A stretch of 64,000 nucleotides of DNA from Microbotryum violaceum. Taxonomy: Eukaryota. A program made the translations under genes and the position numbers. The notes beneath the pieces are model-generated. The model did no database searches and had not been told where the DNA came from. It worked only from the letters and a program-made list of their open reading frames with translations. Location of the stretch: assembly GCA_001244265.2 (NCBI GenBank), contig CDLV01000013.1, forward strand, positions 248,001 to 312,000, in the 5' to 3' direction. Positions 51,959-63,144 of this stretch are shown here, piece after piece (positions within the stretch are counted from its first letter, which is position 1; each line of letters starts with the position of its first letter).

Positions 51959-52294
51959 GTTCTCTCACACCTCTTGCAGGTCGGAGGGACGATCAAAGCC
52001 GTCGAGCCTCCTCACAAGCCAGTACAATTCTGGATGAACCGTCTCGACGCCCGACTCGGAAGAGAAAGCGGCGCATGCCCATGCCCCAAACCCCTTCGTC
52101 AGCCGAGGATTGACTGGAATCGCCCAAATTGGGCTCGTCAGAGTCGGAGTCGGACGAAGCGGTTTGGGGCACGGGCATGCGCCGCTTTCTCTTCCGAGTC
52201 GGGCGTCGAGACGGTTCATCCAGAATTGTACTGGCTTGCGAGGATGCTCGACGGCTTTGGTCGTCCCTCCGACCTGCAAGAGGTGTGAGAGAAC
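51959..52294. repeat. Long inverted repeat: 142-bp arms (51959-52100, 52153-52294), 5 mismatches, 52-nt loop
   Basis: Base-by-base comparison; near-identical mirror ORFs on both strands in the ORF track (51965-52279 -, 51974-52288 +). Confidence 0.97.
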
Positions 52295-52399
52295 GTACTG
52301 GCTTGTGAGGAGTCACTTTCGGTCATGCCCACTCCACTCTCCTACGCTCTCGCTTAAGCTTACCGCTGCGTCCGCAATGTCTGTTCTTACATACCCTGG

Positions 52400-53300
52400 G
52401 TGTGTCAAATGTGCTCAGAATCGGATCAGTCGAAATCGCAATCCATCACCAAACTTGCCGCTCAACTCTGGAACTTCCTGAGAGACCAGGGGGACCTCGG
52501 ATCTGCCCAACTTGGCGAGGACGATGAAGAGCTTGTTCGCGCGGCTTTTGCAGCGGCAGAGGCGGGGAATAATGCGACTTTCACTTCGATAGTACCACCC
52601 ACCATCATCACACGGTCGCCATCCGACACCCCTTCCCCAACTCGGATGGAGCAATGCAAAAAGTACATTGCAGAATTGCGAGACCTGGCGCAACGCATGT
52701 CCAAGCTGTACGGAGTGGAAACTCTGACCTTTATTGTCCCTCGTTATCAAGACGACTGTCGCCAGCGACGAAGGCGACCGTGCATTCGATAGGTGGGCTC
52801 AGATTTGCAGCTCACTGCAACGACTTCAAGGATCCATCCGCTTGTTGTCTAATTTTGCTTCCAAGATGAGCTGGGATGAGACACTCAAGACCAATGAAGC
52901 GGCAGATCTGAAAGAGGGTGAGCCTATTACTTTGGGCATGGGTGACTATGACTTGCTGCAGTTCGACTGTTGAAACGCAAGCGCCCGTGACGACGTACTT
53001 CGCGTCGAGATTACAGTGAGCGTGTGAACTGGGCAGGAAGGAATTGCAACAAAGTAGTACGCTGGCTCTTGGCAACTTAGCAAAGTGTTCATTGACGTGC
53101 CACCAATGTACAATTCATTATATCATACAGAAAAAGACTGTTAGGGGTGATCAACTTGTGTTCCTTGCGTCTGAAAAGCCGTCAACCAAGTGCCGAGGCA
53201 AACACTCAACGGACCTGGTCGAGTGTGAGGCTCGGAGTGGCCGTGGCAACACCACAGAAGACCTTTGTACGACGTTGGGACTGTGAGCCGTATCAGGACT
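52400..53300 (+). pseudogene. Degraded second (accessory) gene of the KDZ element, convergent with the transposase
   Basis: Helical protein-like ORF 52400-52792 (KLAAQLWNFL...ELRDLAQRMSKLYGVETLTFIVPR); GT-AG intron-like breaks at ~52918 and ~53016; frameshifts. Confidence 0.5.
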
Positions 53301-53773
53301 CCGTTCAAGTATACATCAAAATGTAGTCGGCAGTGTAGGAATATAACAAGTACTTTTGCAATCCCTGTTGACTGTTCGGGAAGTGTCACCCAAGGCACGA
53401 CACGGACTGCGCATGTGACTGACTGGCAGGGAGCGCGGTAAGTTCTACCTGTAGGAGATCTCAGCGCAGCCAAGGTGCAATGGAGGCTTGTGTTCACTCC
53501 CTCAGTGTAGCACGCTCTTCATCTAAATCTTACCGGTCGTGTTGGGCTTCCGGCTGCTAGCTTTACCCCAGCGACACTAAATTTTTCAAGCGAGCCACCG
53601 CAAGATCGAGCGATTTAGCGATGCCGGGTCTTGGATGTCTGATCGCTCTTGTTGCACTTCCTGGCAAAGCGTCGTATGACGTGTAGAACTACTAGCGAAA
53701 TGAATGCATCATTGATCTCTTTACTATTTCAAGTAGCAACTGGGCAAAATACTGCAACTATATATGATCAATA

Positions 53774-56700
53774 TCAAATTCCCCAGAAAACATCGCCATC
53801 GTCTTCATCAAAGTTCTCGTTGATCTCGTCACTGAAGGCGCCGTAATCGGTAGGGTCGACGGAATGATGACTCAGATCATCGCTCGAATGATCACTGATG
53901 TCAAGAAAGGCGTCATGATCCGTGGTGATGTCCTCCGACTCTCCGACCATCCCATCATTGATGCAGTCTGCAGTGGCCATGTGTGATTCGGCAAGCCACC
54001 CGCTGTGGTTCGTTGAAAAATATCAACGTCGTCGGTGCACCACATTCGAAGCTCGACCCACTCCTCCATTTGCGGTTAGCCGGTTTGACGGGTGCATTCC
54101 CACAGCCTGTGATCGGCCGTCCTTTGAAAACCATCGGCGCGCACTAGTTCTAAGACGCTCTTCTTCTTGCTCGAGCAGCATTATCGCAGAGTCATCCTGC
54201 TCATCTAGTTGGTGTAATTGCTGGCGAACTTGCTGAAACCTCTTGCGACCGCTTATCAGCCACCGTCCAAATGCGACGCACTTCCCATCCAAGTCGCTTG
54301 ATTTCTTGCTGGCATCTTGCGCGAGACAATACTGCTGGAATGCCGACACGAACGTCATCATCGTAGGCCCACGGCTCAGTGGGATGACTATATAATCCGT
54401 TGTTCCAGAGCGGCGCCAAGATGTCGAGATTGAGCAGTTCGTTGAGATCCTCTGGGGCTGATGGCGGTACCCTTCGGGTTCTCAAGATCGAATGGGAATT
54501 CTGAAAATTGGCGAGGATGGCAGCATACTTTTTCACCTCGTCGTTATACATCGCCACTGCATTCATGAGTCTTGGACTCAAAGAATTAAAATTCATGACC
54601 AGGAGACCAGCCGCTTTCGTACCTATGAGCAGGCATTGCTACACATCAGCGTTCCTTCTGCCGGCGCAGAAGACTCGTACCATGGATTTCCTACCGAGGG
54701 CTTTACCGCCTAGGCGCGGGAGCCGCAGCCTCTCAGCTGCCTGTCGATATTGTACGACCAAGTCCCACAGCGAGCGAGATGCGACCATCAATGTGCAGGC
54801 CGATTCATAGCCTGGGCCAATCAAAGGTGTTGACATATTTAAGCGAGGACAAAGGGGATCACACCGGAGGATCACAATGGAAGAAGGGAGTGACGTACCA
54901 GGGTCCAGGACACTGATGTTTATTTCCGACGTGCGTAAGGAGTTCAGTCGTCATCAAGAACCTGCCCTTGTTTGACCAGCTGTTGAAGTTTAGTCGACTG
55001 TTCTATAAGCTTGTTCGTATCTTTGGTGTTCACGCAGGCTAGTTCTTCTCTGTAGCAATCGGAATACCGAAGTTAGGTTACCGGTTCGTCTCACTCCCAA
55101 ACGACGACGATAGGTCAGACCCACCGGCATGCTGCGATGTCTCTGTTAATTAGCTCAAGCTTAAACATGACGTTGCGCATCTCGGCTACCTCTTTGCGCT
55201 GCTCTTTCAAAGGGATCTTCTTGGATGCTGCACGTTGCGCGTGTCATTGTTCAAGGAGGGTAGCGACCGTCCATTCGGAGCGATTAACGACCTCAGCAAT
55301 GACTCTGTCGGCTTCGGCCTTGAGCTTGATTGCGTTTTTGAGTCGATAATTAAGTTTGGTCACTGGGCATGAAAAGCGCGGATCAAAGTCAACCTGGCAG
55401 GGCCACTTGTGCGCCTGGGCATGCATCGACGAGAGAGCATATTCTAGACGAGGTAAGTGGTCTGCCAGAAGATTGCGCTGCGCATGCCGGGGAGAGCTGA
55501 GCTGCTCAGCTACGGACTAAGCCAATGCTCAGGCTGAGTGTCACGAACAAACTCACACGGCGTAAGTGCGACGAGAAGTTGCAGGCGATATCATACGCGA
55601 CTCCGACGCGACTTCGATCTTGACTCGGACTTTGGTGGGAGTCCGATCCCGAGCTGGATCCGACGTTTGTAGCGTCACTGGTACGCGCAGGCCCCGTAGT
55701 ACAATCCGTTTCTCCGACTTCAACTTCTTCGAGAATCCATTTCAACAGCGACTCGGGATATACTAACCTGTGGTAGACCAAACTCGCTTATTAGTGTTCT
55801 TGCCTGGAGTCACAGATGGCCGGTCCACACATACTTTTCACCTGATTGATGAAGGTTGCAAAGTCGCAGGCAATGATCATGACGGCACACTGCAGCAACG
55901 AGGCCTGTGTCGACCACTACATTTGACGAAGCGGAGGTCACGCCACCATCTGCGGCCTTCCAGTTCGCTGTGCATTCGTCCTATATGATAGAATAGCCCG
56001 TTTAGCAATCACAGACAGTCGGGTCAACGCATTATTGGGTTCGGGTGACCCGACACCAGCAGCACCAAGGTACCTTCTCGCCCGCTTCAGTCGATCCGTC
56101 AATCAAAGCTTGCTCGTTTCGGATTTTGTCTGGTGGCAGGAATAACGCTGGACGTGACTTGAGAGGATCAGCATTTGCCCGCGCGAATCGTCGATGCTGA
56201 AAATTGCCGTCGACAGCAATGATGACATCGAGGTCATTCTCGCTCTTGCCGGCTTCATCGATCCGAGGCCCAAAACATGCCGAACAAACGTCGGCCAGAC
56301 GCTCGCGCGGGGAAAAGCCGAGGATTTCGGCGGTCAAAGTTGCCTGCAGCTGTTGCTAAATAGATATTCATTCATTGCGGCTTGGAGATGCTGACGCACG
56401 GTTGGAACCTGAGAAGCTTCCAATATTTTCTGTAAGCAACAGTGAATGTTTCCGGCCTGTCCCTGTCCTAGAGCCCACCTTGTTAAAAGGATCCTCCGAG
56501 GATAATTCAGAGGACCAAAAGAGAATGAGCGCTTCGGACATGCCATAGATACCAAAAGGATCTACCCCCAGTAGGCGTCGAGATATTCGATCGTGCGAAA
56601 GAGGAATGCGGTGATGCCTTCTCTTTTTCGGATTGAAGATGACGACGTCGGGAGAAGACCGTGAGCTGCCAGGGTTTGGATCTCGGAATAGCGTGGGCAG

Positions 56701-57888
56701 TATCGTAGTTCTCGCACGCCTGCTCATGGTTGGGGGATATAAAACCAGTCCAAGACGATAGCGTAGGGGTGATTGACAAAATACGTGCAACATAAGCACC
56801 TACCTGCAAAGAACAGGTCGACAACCCGGACCTTTCTGGTGACTCGGCGTTCATGACATGCGTCGCACCACTCCTCGTCGTCCGGGGAAGGGACAAACCC
56901 GCTCTGTCGAAGCACTTCTTTGGCCTTTTTCTTCATCAATAGGTACGCCTGGAGAAGGTCAGGTCGTTTTGACGCCATAGTCTTAGCTTCGGCCCTCGCA
57001 GTCCGGCGACGATTGCGCTGCTTCTTGGCGTTCCTCTCGATCCGCGATCGCTTAAGTGAAGAGGGCGCTTGGTCTTGAGAAGCACCGTCTGGGTGGAATG
57101 GCGAATGCTCCGGTCCAGATGAGTATCCACCGCCGAAATCGCGACCGAAGTCGTAGTCGGGCTCAAAGTCGGCTCAAACTGGCGCGCTGTTAGGCTCGAA
57201 GTCGCGCTCGGAGCCGCCGGTCTCGGTGTCTAGAGAATGAGAACGAGAATTCGAATTCCAGCTAGTCTACAAAGAGACGACCCTCTTCGGGCGCTGGAGG
57301 CCACGCCGTTGCGCCATCGGCAATGTCAGTCCAAGGCTCGGACGATGATTTGTGGAGGCCGGCAATGGATTTCTCCGAATGCTCCTTCCGACGACGCGTT
57401 GAGCTCTGGACCGATGGTGATGGGGGAGGGCTCGGCTGACGTTTCGGACGCCTCTTCGTCGGAGAGCGGAAAATACCGAAACTGAAGCCGAACGTCTTGT
57501 CGAACAGCTCGCTATCCGGGGACAACGATGGCTCCCTTTTCCGTACTCGCTTGGTCCATAATCTCCTCCTCTTCTTCTTCTTCGTCTTCGCCTCTTCCTC
57601 TGTTCCCACCGACGTCGTGGCCCCGTTCTCGATCGTGTCCTTGTTGCTGGTCACCTTCTTCCTCCTCCTCCTCACGGTCGTGCTCTTCTTGCGCTTGGCC
57701 TTGTCAGTGCGTTTTCCCTTCTCTGTTCCGACTGGCGATGCTGAGCTAGGTTGTAGAGGTGGTGGTGTGTGTGGTAGAATGACCATGCTTGAAGCGATGG
57801 GTGCAAGCCTGCAAGGCCTTGGGTGGAGGGAAGTGGAGGGAACTCGTGGTGCTGAGGCAGATGGACCATTAGCGGGGATAAGTAGCAA
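53774..57888 (-). pseudogene. KDZ transposase with CxC1-like cysteine cluster; frameshifts, a nonsense codon and an apparent internal deletion
   Basis: CDAC...VRVVD; YC...LAAHGLLP...TAF; CSACFGP; IIAVDGNFQHRR; CTANWKAA...DTGLVAAVCRHD...GEK; VAYDIACNF; HAQAHKWPCQ; PWAYDDDVRVGI...RCQQEIKRL; acidic tail; basic N-terminal ORF 57262-57888. Confidence 0.9.
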
Positions 57889-58054
57889 GTGCCCGAATTA
57901 GTGACCACTTTTGCCTCCGGGGGCTGGGGGTTGGCAAGGCAATGGCGCACCTAGCCCGTACCAACCTTTTCCTGGGCCAAATCTTCCAAAAGCTCCGGAA
58001 CTCGCCGCGCGCGGTGTAGTATATTTGTTAGGCTTATCTTGACCCGCATAGGTG
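57881..58054 (-). repeat. Right terminal/subterminal inverted repeat of the KDZ element
   Basis: Reverse complement of 57958-57981 is TTTGGCCCAGGAAAAGGTTGGTAC vs left TTTGGCCCGGTTGGAGGTTGGTAC (50968-50991), same spacing. Confidence 0.8.
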
Positions 58055-58700
58055 GCACGAGCCAAGCTTTGATCAAGATGACCTCAATTTGCCGCCTGAC
58101 GCCTTCTCAATTCTGCACTTCTCTGCCGCTCCCTGCCAGTCCTCAGACCCGTACTGAGTACTGAGTACTGACCATCGTCGGATCATACGGCTGGTCGGGT
58201 CTCCCTGGCCACGCGAAGGTCGGACTATCTCTGGTTGCGAGGTCCGCTGCAGTGGTTCTCGCGATCGAGAGTCGTGCCGTCCCTATACCTCGGCGAGGAA
58301 CACTCTGGATGGGCTCGAGAGTCCCAAAGTGATATATGTATGCAAAACGCAAAAACTCGACGGCAGGTTGAATACAGTACCACACTTAGTACTAGAGTTA
58401 CTCAGCGCCCCGACTAGTAGCCAGTATAAATCTCCAGTAGTTTGCGGGTGTTCGCGGCAATGGGCCCAAGCTGGCCCAAGAACTCCGAAGAATACTCTCT
58501 GGAGCTCTCTGGCGAGCTCTGGCGCTCTCTGCAACGCTCTGCAACGCGTTCGCGTGCGCTGCTTCTGAACCATCTCGGTTTTCGCCTCTGTCTCCTGTTC
58601 AACAGGTCGTGTACGCGCCACCGTTGACCGCCGATATCTGCTCTTCCGATCTCGACTCGAGCTCTCGCACCGCCCACTCGCCCTGCTCGCCGCTCTTAGC

Positions 58701-60853
58701 ATGTCGACCCGAGCAGCTGCTTCGCTCAACCGGGCGCTCACACGAGCGACCCACGGGTCCATTACTAGCTCATGCAAGACGCGGTCCTGCCACCACAATA
58801 TCGACACCAGCATCCGCCTCCGCAGCTTCGTCTCGTATGCGATTCCACTTCGCAAACATCATCGAGCGCACCCAGCTGCGACGGTCAAAGTGACTACTAC
58901 AAGCACCTCCAAGCCTACGAATTCCATCGAAGGATCTCAATATGCACCTGCCGAACTGCTGACCGTCCTGCAGGAGACGATCAGAGTGAGTCAGTCAGTG
59001 TACGCACCCGCAACGTAGCCGTCGCCATCGGGGCGGATGCTCATCACCATCATCCCTCCACCCACCCCCACTTGCGCTCCGACTCGCGCGCTCGCACAGA
59101 CCCATGGCCCGCTGCCCGTGTCGCGCTACATGACCCTCTGTCTCTCCCACCCGACCCTAGGATACTACACCACCCGCAACGTATTTGGATCCAGTGGCGA
59201 CTTTATTACCAGCCCCGAAATATCCCAGGTCTTTGGGGAGGTGTGTACTTGAGAAGCTTTGCGTGCGTACCTGAGCGAGGCTGAAAAGCCTTCGACCGAA
59301 TCACGGCGGTTCGCTTTTGCATGACCGCTATCAGCTGTTGGCGATCTGGTTTGTCACGCAATGGGCCGCACAGGGCGCTCCCTCCAAAGTCAGGATCGTA
59401 GAACTCGGACCGGGCAAAGGAACACTCCTCGCAGACGTTTTGAGGGTCAGTCTCGGTAGTGCCTTGTCCATCCACTCGCCTTAGCTTCGTCCGCTTATGG
59501 TTTCCAACACGCCCGACCTCCTTCAGACCTTCAAGGCGCTCCCACAAGCATCTGCACGTCCTGTGACCTCGATACATCTCGTCGAGTCATCTGCGGCTTT
59601 GCGTAAAGTCCAGAAGGAAAAACTCGCCAACTCCGGGTTCGCTGACGTCGAAACCCGCTGGTGGGACAATGCCGTTGAGGTACCACCGAGTGAGTCACCC
59701 ATCCACGACGGGCTCCTTTTACAGCACTGAACACGTCTCGAAATAATTGGTCGGCACAGGTGAGGACGAGTTCACGATCGTCATCGCGCATGAGTTCTTC
59801 GATGCTCTGCCGATACATATCTTCGAGGTATGTTAGAACTGATCTTCGAGGGTGGCGTGCTCCTCAATTACTGAGCCTCCCTTTATGTTGTCTACCAGAA
59901 TACGCCAAAAGGGTGGCGAGAGGTCCTGGTCGATGTGGCCGATCCAGAAAAGGCAGTGTACGTCAGGAGCTTTCCAGCACTCACGACTCGAGACTGACTT
60001 TCATCATGTCCGCTGCAGTGTTCCAAACGTTACAGCCGAGCCCCTTCGGCTGGGGCTCGCTCCCGGTCCTACGCCTGCCTCGACTCTTTACACCCGCCTG
60101 TCTACGGTGATTGCCAACCCAGCCTCGAACGCCTCGACTTCTCCTGCCCCCTCATTTGACACGACACTCCCTCCGACGGGGGCGACCTCACCACCAACCG
60201 CGCAGGCGCCCCAAAATGCTGACGAGCCCATCTCCCCCACACTGGCTCGTTTCGCTCGTCTGCCTATCGGGTCTCGTATCGAGATCTCACCCGCAAGCTG
60301 GGAAGTCGCCCAGAGCGTGGGAAAGCTCTTCTCCCCTTCTTCGAGTCCCAAGGGTGCTGCGGGCTTGGTCATAGACTACGGGGACGCCAAGGCCTTCGGA
60401 AGGTCATGGCGAGGTTTCAGAAAGCATGCCGTGGTGGACCCGCTGACTGAACCGGGGCATACGGACTTGACGGCAAATGTCGATTTCGCCTATTTGAACG
60501 AGGCGTTAGCGGAAAATGGTGAGAGCTCATCATTTTGATTCGGATCTGGACTAGACGAGATAATCATGCTGACTCGGAACCTGTCCCCAGCCTCGACACA
60601 TGGCCCTCTGTCCCAAAGGACCTTTTTACGCTCATTAGGCCTAGACGCCCGCATCTCGTCTCTCCTCCGCCATGCTCCCATGGAACGTCAAAAAGAAATC
60701 GCGAGTGCTGCCCAGCGTCTCATTGACAAAGCCGGCATGGGCACGCAGTACAAGGTCATGGCGATCACGCCGAAGGGGAATCAAGAAGGATCGGCGTTCC
60801 CCTTCGTTGAAGGGGTCGAGGAGGCGCTGGATCAGGCCGAGAGGGCTTCATAG
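58701..60853 (+). CDS. NDUFAF7: Mitochondrial protein-arginine methyltransferase NDUFAF7/MidA (complex I assembly), multi-exon
   Basis: Presequence-like N-terminus; [87 protein letters not shown]. Confidence 0.95.
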
Positions 60854-60929
60854 GGAGTATAGGAAAGCGAATGTAGTTCAATGACATTACATGCTACTGA
60901 AAGGATCCGTGGTACACATTCAGATATTG

Positions 60930-61959
60930 TCATCTGCGACGAGATTCGGGCGACGCGGATCGCCGGCGGTGTCTAGAGCGTGAAGAGGCCAGATCCTCTC
61001 GCCTTCCCGAGTTTGACCTACTTCGATCCTTTTCCAAATCCGGAGGTAGCTTGGGCGCGAAACCTTCCTCGTCGTCTTCGTCATCATCTTCATCCTCTTG
61101 CTCATTGTCTATGTGATCTTGCCGTTCGCCCCTGTCTTTTGCGCTGCAGCTCGCCTCCTCCGCTCCCGCGCTGGTCCCTTCTCTCATCCTCTTGGCCACC
61201 TCTCTCCCCTTCTTCAGCTTTCTGCCGCATCTCTTACACAGTACGACCTTGACCAGTGCAGTCTTTTTGATACCCTCCTCCATGTACCCGAACCACGTTT
61301 CTTGTTCAGTCAAGCGCGTGGAGACGAGGGGAAGCTCTTCTCCTTCTGCGTCGGGGTCGAAGGAGGTCAAGTCGTTGCTCAAGGTGGGGTCGGGTTGATG
61401 GTATTTGCAACGTAAAGCAGCGCAAGTGAGGTTCCCAATCCCCGAGATGACTTCCTCTTCTGTCCTCCAGCGCAGAGCGATCTGCGATGCAGTGTGGGAA
61501 TGGATACATGAGCACCTGTGCGATCTCTACAGCAGGTCGTTTTGAACGCGTTCCCGGCCGTACCGCTCCCGTTTTGTAATGCTTGAGATCGACCAGGGCG
61601 AATTCGCGAAAGAGGGATTGATAGTATTTTTCGGCTAGTTGGTCTTCCCAAGACATCGGAGGGGCACCGCCACCACCGGAAGAGGATTGGTCCGAGCGGA
61701 TGAAGCTATTCGGGAATTGATGGAAGGTCAGGGCCGGCGCTTTCAAGAATTCAACGTCCGAAACGCTCTTCTATACTGACCGATGATGTTCCTTCAGTAC
61801 GTCCAACTCGGTCTTGGACGTCGGACGAGCGGGGATTCGGCCGTGCGAGTAGTATAGCTTGGTCGTGTCGTGTAGGCGTTGGAGGCGTTGTTGTGCATTT
61901 TCTACGGCGACGATGGATTTTGAGGAGGAAGAGGTTGCTTTTGATCTGGAGTTTGACAT
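60930..61959 (-). CDS. FRA10AC1: FRA10AC1-like spliceosome-associated protein, multi-exon
   Basis: KTELDVLKEHHR|FIR; SWEDQLAEKYYQSLFREFALVDLKHYK; IALRWRTEEEV; FGYMEEG..K.ALVKVVLCKRCGRKL. Confidence 0.9.
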
Positions 61960-62155
61960 GGCATCGGGGTCAAGGGGAAGGTGAACGGAGCGGAGATGGA
62001 GAGTGGATGAATGATAGAGAGAGGGGGTCGTGAGCGGGGCCGAGTGGAGCAGCGAGTGACGATGGACCGAATTCCAAAGCGGCCCTTCGCCTCGCGGGGC
62101 ATGGGCTTTGACTCCCTCTACATCGCTCAAACCACACTCAAGGCCCTCTTTCACC

Positions 62156-62893
62156 ATGCCGAGACACGATTCAAGCGCTGGGAAGCCTCAGAAGAAGAGC
62201 AAGAGTCAGTCCCCATTTCATGCTCCCATACACTCCCTCGTGAGAGTGCGGAGGTCGGGCTCGAGTCGCCGTCTCGACTTCGACTTCGCAACCCACTCCG
62301 CGAGCGGTCATCGTCCCGTGACCTGAGAGCAGTCTGGTGGAGCTGACCTCGATCCCCTTCTTCTGCGTGTCGACAATAGACTCGAGCCACAAGAAAGCGA
62401 CGTAGGTGCTAGTCAAATTAGTACACGTCCAATAGCCCTGAGAAAGGGCCCTGCACTTACCTCCGCTCCCGATTGCCCCTGGCTGGCAATTCCGCATACA
62501 CTCAGCACCAAGCCTGGTCGATCGTCCAACTTTAACGCTTTCCTTAATGTGAGTGCGGAATGATCCTATCCATCTGTCTCCATCTGATGGGGTTGATACA
62601 AATTCCGACCTGGCATACATCTTAACGACTGTTGCTGACGGCCACGGGAACTCTTGCCGAGACGTGCAGATGAAACTAGCCGAGCTGAAGAAATCCGAGC
62701 CGACTCTGTCCCATGCTGAACGGCTCAAGCAGATCAATGATCTTTGGAAGGTGAGCTCGAAAGACATCCGCCAGACCCTCGGGCGTTGATCCCGTGTTTT
62801 CAAAGCTGGCTGATGGTCCGTGCTGACTTAGTGTGACTTCACTCGGCTCGTGACGTTTGGTAGATCGAGACGGGCAAGAAGAAGCAGCAGTGA
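62156..62893 (+). CDS. 74-aa YABBY/HMG-box-like DNA-binding protein encoded on five small exons
   Basis: Manual splicing (exons 62156-62204, 62380-62401, 62506-62548, ~62669-62750, ~62864-62893) gives MPRHDSSAGKPQKKSKNSSHKKATTKPGRSSNFNAFLNMKLAELKKSEPTLSHAERLKQINDLWKIETGKKKQQ*; all phases compatible. Confidence 0.8.
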
Positions 62894-63144
62894 TCGCATC
62901 CACCCTTGTGTCTTCGTATTCGTGGCCATCTTTCTTTGTTGTAATATCAAGTTGCCCCTTTACTTCTTTTTCTGTCTATATAACACTTTGACTTCGCTGT
63001 CGAGAACCGCTTTCTCGGCCAACGGCCTTCGGGGTTCTTGGCAGCGCAGCCCCACTTTGACTCGGAGATGTCCAGTCCTCCTCGCGCGCGCTTTTCCCCA
63101 CTTCACCCAACCTCCACTCCGCTTCACAAGTTTTGCCATACACC

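Larger units (their letters stand above)
50895..58054 (-). mobile_element. KDZ (Kyakuja-Dileera-Zisupton) DNA transposon, ~7.16 kb, decayed
   Basis: Contains a KDZ transposase pseudogene; diverged inverted ends (~50895-51075 vs ~57881-58054); direct repeat GCACGAGC(CA) at 50887 and 58055. Confidence 0.8.

Noticed and set aside
51965-52288. Two near-identical 104-aa ORFs on opposite strands
   Set aside because: Direct consequence of the inverted repeat, not evidence for two genes
52980-53500. TET/JBP dioxygenase cargo in the KDZ element
   Set aside because: No recognisable HxD...H...R core in the frames examined
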